From Parcubacteria group bacterium (lineage in GTDB: Bacteria > Patescibacteriota > Minisyncoccia > 2-02-FULL-40-12 > IGHO2-01-FULL-4-A): a DNA stretch of 64,000 bases. Positions 57,203 through 64,000 of the stretch are shown in pieces. The stretch lies in NCBI GenBank assembly GCA_043821485.1, contig JBDRCU010000057.1, forward strand, positions 598 to 64,597, written 5' to 3'. The notes under the pieces are model-generated. The model did no database searches, was not told where the DNA came from, and was given only the letters and a program-made list of their open reading frames with translations. Each line of letters starts with the position of its first letter. Position 1 is the first letter of the stretch. A program made the position numbers and the translations under genes.

Positions 57203-60200
57203 ATGTCTAGTCCTCAACTCACAACCTACATCTCTCAACAACGCCAAGCTGGTATTTCAGATGATCAAATACGATCTAGTCTTCTATCTTCAGGATGGCA
57301 GGCTGGGGATGTAGATATAGCTCTTGGTGGGGGACGATCTCGACCCGTTCAGCCAGTTCAATCCCAGCAGCCAACAGCGACCCCGAAAAGCAATAAGAGA
57401 TGGTTGACCATACTAATAGCAGTAATAGTGGTAATTTTAGTTGTAGCATCCCTATTCTGGTATCTAAAGAATAAAGATACAGGCGTTCCTCAAGAGTTAA
57501 CTCAATTGAATGAGCAGCTCCTAGATTATCAATCTAGAGAAGAATTAATACAAGCTATAGATATACTGAAGAATCATAAAAATTCAGATAATGAATATTT
57601 TCAAGAAGAGAAGAAGTTTTTAGAATCTAAATTGGTAATTTTGGATTTTCAAAATGCGATGAAGGATATGAAAGATAATGACTTTAAATGTAGTGATAGA
57701 GAAGGGTTCTTTCAAACAATAAGGAATGCACAAGAGATAACGTCACAGACAAACCCCGAGCTATTAGAAGAGATAGAAGTGTCTAGTAGTTTAGACCTAT
57801 TTCTTCCAGATCAAGATAGCTGGCAATTGATAGAGAGATTTTATGAAGACGTGTATAGACATACATGTGTAAACCCTGTTTCAACAGATTTGCCGGTGTC
57901 TACAACAGGAGAAATAACGATGCTTGTAGAAAGAATTATGTCTGAAAAAGGTGCCACTGAAGAAGCAATGGTATCGCAGTGGGACGATGTAGTGGGCCCT
58001 AGTAATGATATACGTACAGGAGCGGGTATCCCTATAGCATTAGACAGGGATTACTGGTTCTATTTCATTGATTATGATCCAGGAGCAATGTTTGCACATG
58101 ATGTACTTTATCTATTCATTGATAAAGATTCTGGTGATTACATAGCGTTAGAAGAACAATGGTATCCAGTAATAGACGGTAATGCATTTTTGGGTGTAAT
58201 TGAAGAGGATCAATTAACAGTAGAAGAACAAATTTCAGTAATGGAACCAAGTCGAGATTCAGGGAACGTACTGGGAGTATTAAATCCTTGGTCTGTACCA
58301 GAGGCATCTGCCCAAGAGCTTGCAGAAGGAAATGAAAAATACGCAATCTTGATTGCAGGTTCTGGAGATCTGACTGCTTTTCAAAATGAAGCAGCGATCT
58401 TTTATCATTTAGTAAAAGATCGAGGATATAAGGATGAGAATATAGAATATTTGTCATGGTCTAGAGAAGAGTTTGAAAGAATAAGGCCAGACTTATTGCC
58501 CCATACCCCGTGGCTTTTTGAGGGAACAGATGCACTGACTAGTAAAGCCAATTTCCGTAGTGCAGTAAATAAAATAGCAAATAAGATTCAATGTGGAGAC
58601 GATTTTTTTCTGTCTTATGGAGGGCATGGAAGTAATACTGGCATCGATGGACATTGGATTAATAAGAAAACAGGAGAAAATATTTGGACTGTATTGCCAG
58701 AGGAGCCACCAAGTCGGGACTTATGGGAGCTGATGAATACATCTGAAGTATGGACATTTGATATCGGTAAAGACTCTGATGGTACTATGATCGCTGCCAG
58801 TTCAAACGAGATAATCCATGCTTTAAATAAAATGGACAGTTGTAATAAAATGCTTGTATTAGATTCGTGTTTTTCTGGTAAGGGAATGGCAGAGATAGTA
58901 GCTGATAGTCCTGGAACTACGGTGCTGGCAGCAACTAAAGCCGACGAAGTAGGTAGATTTTCCTGGCCTCTTGTCATAGGAAGTAATTATGTAAAAGATT
59001 ACAAAAATAGGGGGGATGAAAGCATTGGGATAATAGGGCCAGGCATGTTTATACTTAAACTTTATGAAGCAATCGATAAGAATGGTGAGAATCTTTTTGA
59101 GGATTTAAATAATGCATTCAGTGTAGTCCAAACTCAAGGGATTAGTCGTCATACTCCTCAAAGAGCTGAATCCACTCTTGCTTGTACCTGCGAAGGCTGC
59201 TATATAGGCTCTCTTAATCTCGATAAGCCAACAACTTGTACCAAAGAAGCAAACGATGGCATAGGAATAGACCTATCTTTTAAAGATGGTTCTTGGAGAA
59301 TGAAATATCAAGATAATGGTCCAATGAGTGAGATCGTATACAAAGATAACAATATCTATGAATACCAAGGAGATTGTATAAATGACTCAAACGAACAACA
59401 AGGAATAGACTGTGGATGTTATGAAAGACTACCAGGACAAAGCATATGTCCAGAATCAGAATATACATATACAAAAAATGGTGCATCAAAAATCAATGCT
59501 AGTGCATATGGAATAATAGAGCATGGCTTAGAAGATAATGAAATATCATGTAAACAAGATACTGATATATCAGATCAGGAATTTGTGATTAGTGAGATAG
59601 ATATATGTCACAGTCAAGAGAGTCCAAATCCAACTCCAGTATTAGAAGTAACCCCAGCTCCCGCTGGCTGTAGTAGATTCCTTACTGGAGAACAGGCAAG
59701 TTCTATAATGGGGCGTCCTATGGTTCCATTGGAAGTTTATCTGTCAGATACAGATAGAGACCGCACCGGCTATAACTATGCAAAGCAATATGCAGGTTTC
59801 AGGATAGATTTTTGTGAATACGGAGAAGAGGACATAAGGGATAGGGCCAAGGAAGGAGCATTGGTAATTGAGCTAGAGATTAAAACAATGGTTGATAGTT
59901 TGTTAACTGTATCTAATCCTGATGTAGACAAAAGAACTGGTGCAGAGCTTCTATTACATACATTCAAATTGGAAGGATACACATTCGAGGAAATAATGGC
60001 ATTTGGAGGGGAATCACCCATACCAAAAGTATCGGGCGTTTCAGAGGGGTATTATAGTAATGAGAGAGGAGAAGGAGCTATGATTGTTAATTATGATCAA
60101 TATTTTATTAAAGTTTATCAGGATGAAGCAAGATGGCCTGAAGCTAAAAGAATTATGGATAAATCCCAGACTAGCGCAATAATGAGGCGGATAGAAGCTA

Positions 60201-60208
60201 ATCTATAG
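57203..60208 (+). CDS. membrane-anchored caspase-fold (legumain C13 / clostripain C11-like) cysteine peptidase, paralogous architecture to the upstream subtilase
   Basis: Same N-terminal module (LTTYISQQRQAGISDDQIRSSLLSSGWQAGDVDIALGG) then a TM helix. His-Cys dyad context YAILIAGSGD ... LSYGGHGS ... LVLDSCFSG. The C-terminal Cys-rich segment shares the C.C...P..SIC.E.EYTxT....N.SAYGI motif with the upstream gene. Confidence 0.65.
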   Translation: MSSPQLTTYISQQRQAGISDDQIRSSLLSSGWQAGDVDIALGGGRSRPVQPVQSQQPTATPKSNKRWLTILIAVIVVILVVASLFWYLKNKDTGVPQELTQLNEQLLDYQSREELIQAIDILKNHKNSDNEYFQEEKKFLESKLVILDFQNAMKDMKDNDFKCSDREGFFQTIRNAQEITSQTNPELLEEIEVSSSLDLFLPDQDSWQLIERFYEDVYRHTCVNPVSTDLPVSTTGEITMLVERIMSEKGATEEAMVSQWDDVVGPSNDIRTGAGIPIALDRDYWFYFIDYDPGAMFAHDVLYLFIDKDSGDYIALEEQWYPVIDGNAFLGVIEEDQLTVEEQISVMEPSRDSGNVLGVLNPWSVPEASAQELAEGNEKYAILIAGSGDLTAFQNEAAIFYHLVKDRGYKDENIEYLSWSREEFERIRPDLLPHTPWLFEGTDALTSKANFRSAVNKIANKIQCGDDFFLSYGGHGSNTGIDGHWINKKTGENIWTVLPEEPPSRDLWELMNTSEVWTFDIGKDSDGTMIAASSNEIIHALNKMDSCNKMLVLDSCFSGKGMAEIVADSPGTTVLAATKADEVGRFSWPLVIGSNYVKDYKNRGDESIGIIGPGMFILKLYEAIDKNGENLFEDLNNAFSVVQTQGISRHTPQRAESTLACTCEGCYIGSLNLDKPTTCTKEANDGIGIDLSFKDGSWRMKYQDNGPMSEIVYKDNNIYEYQGDCINDSNEQQGIDCGCYERLPGQSICPESEYTYTKNGASKINASAYGIIEHGLEDNEISCKQDTDISDQEFVISEIDICHSQESPNPTPVLEVTPAPAGCSRFLTGEQASSIMGRPMVPLEVYLSDTDRDRTGYNYAKQYAGFRIDFCEYGEEDIRDRAKEGALVIELEIKTMVDSLLTVSNPDVDKRTGAELLLHTFKLEGYTFEEIMAFGGESPIPKVSGVSEGYYSNERGEGAMIVNYDQYFIKVYQDEARWPEAKRIMDKSQTSAIMRRIEANL

Positions 60209-60226
60209 ATAGGATTTATGTAAACA

Positions 60227-60258
60227 AAATACCGCCGGGCGAAGCCCGGCGGTATTTT
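60227..60258. terminator. bidirectional terminator AAATACCGCCGGGC-gaag-CCCGGCGGTATTTT
   Basis: 14-bp stem between convergent genes. Confidence 0.7.
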
Positions 60259-60294
60259 AATTTAAGTCTTTTAGTGACTTATAAGTCTTGCGAC

Positions 60295-60561
60295 TTATGC
60301 TGCTGGTCGATCTTCTCTTGGTCGTGCTTCATTGACCTTAAGTGGTCTGCCACTGAATTCTTGTTCATCGAACATTTCAATAGCCTTTGTAGCATCTTCA
60401 TCGGTTACCATTGTAACAAAACCGAATCCTTTGCTACGTCCACTAAACTTGTCAGTGATGACAACAGCTTCTTCAACTTCACCAGCTGCGGAGAACTGCT
60501 CCTTAAGCTGTTCAGAAGTCGTTTCGTAGGCAAGGTTGCCTACATATAATTTCTTAGCCAA
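60295..60561 (-). CDS. RRM-type RNA-binding protein
   Basis: RNP2 KLYVGNL and RNP1 KGFGFVTM motifs. Confidence 0.85.
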   Translation of the reverse strand: MAKKLYVGNLAYETTSEQLKEQFSAAGEVEEAVVITDKFSGRSKGFGFVTMVTDEDATKAIEMFDEQEFSGRPLKVNEARPREDRPAA

Positions 60562-60712
60562 AGTATTTTCTGCTTAGATTCTAATATTTTCCTGCCCGAC
60601 CGAAAGGGTAACCCACTTTCGAGACATAACGGGCTAACCTTTTGGGGGACCGCTCTGTCACTAACAGGTTTAGATACGGTAGCATAGGTCATGCTTTTTT
60701 GCAAGAGGTATT

Positions 60713-61156
60713 TTAGTATTGTTTGACTACTCTATCTTTCCTTCGTTTAAACTCCTTTTCTTTGATCTTTTCGCGTTTATCATATTTCTTTTTGCCTCGG
60801 GCAATGCCAATTTCCAGCTTTACCAGACCACGTGTTCCATAGAGTTTAGTGGGTACAAGAGTTATGCCTTTTTCTTCGGTTTTGCCAATGAGGTGCTTGA
60901 GTTGAGTCTTGGTAACGAGGAGTTTGCGACTGCGTTGCTGATCATAATCCTTGGGAGTATTACCCGGTTGATAAGGGGAGACAGTGGCTCCAATGAGCCA
61001 GAGCTCTCCACTCATTATTTTTACGTAAGCTCCTTTGATAGATGCTTTCCCAGCTTTGATTGCTTTGGTCTCAAATCCTTTCAAAACCAAACCAGCCTCA
61101 ATGGTATCGAGGATTTCGTAATCATATGAAGCTTTTCGATTGGTAGCGTAGGACAT
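60713..61156 (-). CDS. smpB: SsrA-binding protein SmpB
   Basis: SmpB signature (YDYEILDTIEAGLVLKGFE...LLVTK) and basic C-terminal tail. Confidence 0.9.
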   Translation of the reverse strand: MSYATNRKASYDYEILDTIEAGLVLKGFETKAIKAGKASIKGAYVKIMSGELWLIGATVSPYQPGNTPKDYDQQRSRKLLVTKTQLKHLIGKTEEKGITLVPTKLYGTRGLVKLEIGIARGKKKYDKREKIKEKEFKRRKDRVVKQY

Positions 61157-61174
61157 ACTATTACAATAAGCTTA

Positions 61175-61202
61175 TTGACAGGTTTTGTAAATCATCTATA
61201 AT
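61175..61202 (+). promoter_or_regulatory. near-consensus sigma70 promoter TTGACA-16nt-TATAAT with no downstream ORF
   Basis: Exact consensus hexamers seen at 61175..61180 and 61197..61202. Confidence 0.5.
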
Positions 61203-61208
61203 TAGATC

Positions 61209-61266
61209 ATTAATCACTAGGGAGAGGCACGCTTGTAGGTTTTGTCCTACCGGGGTGCTTTTTCAT
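61209..61266 (+). ncRNA. candidate small RNA (~55 nt) defined by orphan promoter and intrinsic terminator
   Basis: Consensus promoter followed ~25 nt later by hairpin GCACGCUUGUAGG-uuuugu-CCUACCGGGGUGC and UUUUUCAUUUUC. No plus-strand ORF lies in between. Confidence 0.35.
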
Positions 61267-61775
61267 TTTCGGTATTTCAGAAGTTCTTTTGTTGATTCAA
61301 GAAAATCAAGTTTTGATTTAGCAGTTTTTTTAAGGAGCACGGAACATTTTTTGCGATTTACACTGAGTACTTTGCAAAGTTTATCTTTTTCATAAAGATA
61401 TTTTACTAAGCATTGAAAATCACCATCGCTGGTAACTATTATCGCTTTGTCGTATTTCTCATATTCAATCATTACTTTCAAGACAAGATCGGCATCCACG
61501 TTACCTTTCGGCTTGTTTTGTTGTTCATTCTGAATGATAGGTTTGAATATCAGGATGAATCCGACCCTTCTTAAGAAAGTATAGAGATTTTGATTTTTTG
61601 GGATAAATCCAATAAATATATAAGCTTTCTTAATGCCATATTTTTCACGAAGATATATTCTGAAACGTTTCCAATCTAAATGTCAACCCAAGTCTCTAAT
61701 ACCAAGATTTATGTTCTGGCTATCTATAAACGCGTAATTATTTGAAGATGTGTCTATGAGGTATCCATATTGTAC
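61263..61775 (-). pseudogene. NYN domain (LabA-like) pseudogene: in-frame TGA at 61683..61685 and no start codon after the htrA stop
   Basis: The single frame reads VQYGYLIDTSSNNYAFIDSQNINLGIRDLG-[TGA]-HLDWKRFRIYLREKYG...IIVTSDGDFQCLVKYL, a complete NYN domain interrupted by TGA. The nearest ATG upstream is out of frame (MDTS-stop). TGA is used as a stop by pth and the Panacea gene in this window. Confidence 0.5.
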
Positions 61776-62846
61776 CTATTTCCTCTCTGTCAGCTTAACC
61801 TTTGTGCGTAATTCTTTGTCTTTGCGAAGTATTTTGAGTTCTACTATATCTCCAACCTTGTGGCGATCAACCATATCTGCAAGTTCATTTTTTTCTGTTA
61901 ACTTGCGTCCATCTATTGTGAGGATTACATCATTTTCTTTTATATCAGCCTTGTCAGCAGGGGAGTCCTTAACTACTGCAGTCGAACCCGGCATATGGTC
62001 TTTGATGACAAGCGCCCCATAGTCCACATCCAGTTCGTATTGTTCTTTTAGTTCTTTATTAAGCGTCACATATCGAAGTCCGATATATGGGCGTATTATG
62101 CGTCCATGTTCGTTGAGGTCCGCTATGTCAGCTTTTGCCCAATTTATAGGAATGGCGAAGCCAATATTTTGCGCTCCGTAGATCACAGCCGTGTTAATGG
62201 CAATAACTTTGCCTTGAAGATTTGCTAAAGGTCCTCCTGAATTACCTTGATTGATTGCTACGTCAGTTTGCATAACATGACGCAAATTCTCAACTTGTCC
62301 TTTGCCAAGAGATGCAGAAACTTTTCGGCTCAAGCCTGAAATTATTCCTTTTGAAACTGTATTATTAAAAACTCCCAAAGCATTACCAATCGCAATAGCA
62401 GTCTGGCCAAGTTCCACGCCATCTGAATCTCCAAGTTCTGCCACAGGCAGTCCTTTGACATCTATTTTTAAAATCGCAACGTCATTGATTGGATCGCGCG
62501 TAATTACGCGTCCTGTATATTCATGCTCGTCATTTGTTATAACTGTATATTGTGCATCAGCATCGTAGACCACATGTTTATTCGTAACAATTAATCCATC
62601 AGAGCTTACTATAAAACCAGATCCGCCACCCACTTTGACGCGATGTTTAAGATTGTCCGGTATATTATTATTCGGATCATCTGTAAGATCTTGTTCAGGC
62701 AATGGTATGCCAAATTGCCCCAAAGGATTAAGAGTAGGGGAGGCAAGCTTTTTCTTGTCCTGAATAAATTTGCTGATGACAATGCTTACAACGCAGGGAA
62801 TGATTTTTCTAACTGTTTCAATGGTTTGTTTTTCTTCATCGAACAT
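61776..62846 (-). CDS. htrA: HtrA/DegP family serine protease with PDZ domain
   Basis: N-terminal TM. Catalytic motifs (TNKHVV, D..., GNSGGPL) and a C-terminal PDZ. Confidence 0.9.
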   Translation of the reverse strand: MFDEEKQTIETVRKIIPCVVSIVISKFIQDKKKLASPTLNPLGQFGIPLPEQDLTDDPNNNIPDNLKHRVKVGGGSGFIVSSDGLIVTNKHVVYDADAQYTVITNDEHEYTGRVITRDPINDVAILKIDVKGLPVAELGDSDGVELGQTAIAIGNALGVFNNTVSKGIISGLSRKVSASLGKGQVENLRHVMQTDVAINQGNSGGPLANLQGKVIAINTAVIYGAQNIGFAIPINWAKADIADLNEHGRIIRPYIGLRYVTLNKELKEQYELDVDYGALVIKDHMPGSTAVVKDSPADKADIKENDVILTIDGRKLTEKNELADMVDRHKVGDIVELKILRKDKELRTKVKLTERK

Positions 62847-62917
62847 GGTTTTATTGTATCATGAACAAAGATAAGGCAACAAGAATTTTTTGTTAAAAAT
62901 GTTACAATAGTATATAT

Positions 62918-64000
62918 ATGATTAAGGATAAAATACGACAACTCATTATTAATAGTGTAGCCAAGGTGGCTCCTGACTTTGAATTGGGGGATATCGTTAT
63001 AGATAAGCCTAAATCAGATTTTGGGGATTATGCGACCAATGTTGCTTTTGTTTCGGCTAAGGAATTAAAAAAAGATCCTAAGGAAGTGGCTGGAATATTG
63101 GTTGAAGCAATGCTTAAGGCTAAGACAGTGGAGGATGGAATAGCAGATATTAAAGTCGAAGGAGGGTATATTAACTTTTTTCTTGACGATGCATTAGCAG
63201 TGAGTGAGCTTGAGCGTATCGCAGAGGATGATAATTATGGCAGTAATGATACTTTTGCCGGCAAGAAAGTAATGATTGAGTTTACTGATCCGAACCCTTT
63301 TAAAGAGTTCCACGTAGGACACCTTATGAGCAATGCGATAGGGGAGAGTATATCTAGGCTCTATGATGCTTCTGGTGCGGAAGTCCTACGTGCTAACTAT
63401 CAGGGAGATGTTGGTGTTCATGTTGCAAAGGCTGTGTGGGGTATGATGCAATTACCTGACAAGATGCCTGCTGATAATGAAGAACTTGCAATCAAGGTGG
63501 CATATATGGGTAAGGCGTACGCTCAAGGCAACAATGCTTATGAAGATGATCCGAAGGCCAAGGAGGAAATAGACGAACTAAATCAAAAAATTTACAAAAG
63601 AGAAGGCAGTGAGATAAATGATCTTTATGACAAAGGCAGAGAATGGTCTTTGGCATATTTTGAAACAATATATCAGCGTCTTGGAACAAAGTTTGAACAC
63701 TATTTCTTTGAAAGTGAAATGAGTGATGCAGGACTTGAGATTGTGAATGCTAATCCCGATGTATTTCCGGAAAGTCAGGGTGCGCGCATTTTTAAGGGGG
63801 AGGATTATGGATTACATACTAGAGTTTTTGTCAGTTCTAAGGGATTACCTACATACGAGGCGAAAGAATTGGGGCTTAATAAGATTAAGTTTGAAAAATA
63901 TCATCCTGATATTTCTTTGATTGTCACGGGTAATGATATTGTTGAATACTTTAAAGTTACATTGAAAGCAATGGAACAAATTATGCCTGATATAGCGAAG
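62918..64000 (+). CDS. argS: arginyl-tRNA synthetase, 3' end beyond window
   Basis: Open frame from ATG 62918 to the window end. N-terminal Arg-tRNA-synt-N-like domain and class I HIGH motif (HVGH in FKEFHVGHLMSNAIGESI). Confidence 0.85.
   Translation, partial: MIKDKIRQLIINSVAKVAPDFELGDIVIDKPKSDFGDYATNVAFVSAKELKKDPKEVAGILVEAMLKAKTVEDGIADIKVEGGYINFFLDDALAVSELERIAEDDNYGSNDTFAGKKVMIEFTDPNPFKEFHVGHLMSNAIGESISRLYDASGAEVLRANYQGDVGVHVAKAVWGMMQLPDKMPADNEELAIKVAYMGKAYAQGNNAYEDDPKAKEEIDELNQKIYKREGSEINDLYDKGREWSLAYFETIYQRLGTKFEHYFFESEMSDAGLEIVNANPDVFPESQGARIFKGEDYGLHTRVFVSSKGLPTYEAKELGLNKIKFEKYHPDISLIVTGNDIVEYFKVTLKAMEQIMPDIAK

Noticed and set aside
60562-60712. Possible riboswitch/leader structure in the 150-nt 5' UTR of the RRM-protein gene
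   Set aside because: Only short imperfect hairpins (CGAAAG...CTTTCG) were found, with no recognisable riboswitch consensus. Left as unannotated.
61683-61685. In-frame TGA in the NYN gene as evidence of an alternative genetic code (UGA as Gly/Trp)
   Set aside because: pth (TGA at 17244..17246) and the Panacea-domain gene (TGA at 21545..21547) terminate on TGA with normal downstream genes. A pseudogene is the simpler reading.

Overview
This is a 64 kb window from a low-GC bacterial chromosome. Gene content and style look Patescibacteria/CPR-like (inference): a class II RNR, many small membrane-anchored hypothetical proteins with Pro/Thr-rich linkers, and TGA used as a stop codon.

Recognised genes:
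- Core genes: pyrH (partial), nrdJ, ftsA-ftsZ, rpsU-yqeY-ybeY, HIT-hisS-lepB, pth, dprA, topA, glyA, recG, holA, polA, tsaE, yraN, comM, dksA-like, pnp, rpsO, xerC/D, smpB, htrA and argS (partial).
- RNA genes: tRNA-Met/Ile(CAU), an initiator tRNA-fMet interrupted by a 206-nt group I intron in the anticodon loop, tRNA-Ser(GCU), tRNA-Arg(GCG), and a tmRNA.

Accessory and unusual content:
1. Two miniature GC-rich inserts sit at the 3' ends of tRNA-fMet and of the tmRNA. Each is flanked by a direct repeat of the tRNA/tmRNA 3' end, and the two share a near-identical left-end hairpin.
2. Further GC-rich islands carry a PurM-like ATPase with a Cys-rich partner, a lipoprotein, and a zinc-ribbon protein.
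3. A toxin-antitoxin island holds two paralogous RelE/ParE-like toxins, one paired with an HTH-Panacea(DUF4065)-like antitoxin and one with a ribbon-helix-helix antitoxin.
4. MurA is fused to an N-terminal XRE-type HTH.
5. Two adjacent ~1000-aa membrane-anchored proteins share an N-terminal cytoplasmic module and a C-terminal Cys-rich module, but carry different protease cores: S8 subtilase versus a caspase/legumain-like His-Cys peptidase.
6. A large secreted protein has a C-terminal pseudopilin (GspG-like) domain.
7. A decayed NYN-domain pseudogene with an in-frame TGA lies next to an orphan consensus promoter plus terminator (sRNA candidate).
8. A free-standing HTH-LAGLIDADG-like ORF lies next to the intron-bearing tRNA.

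No CRISPR array and no rRNA genes were seen. All calls rest on reading the sequence and ORF translations by eye; no database searches were run.
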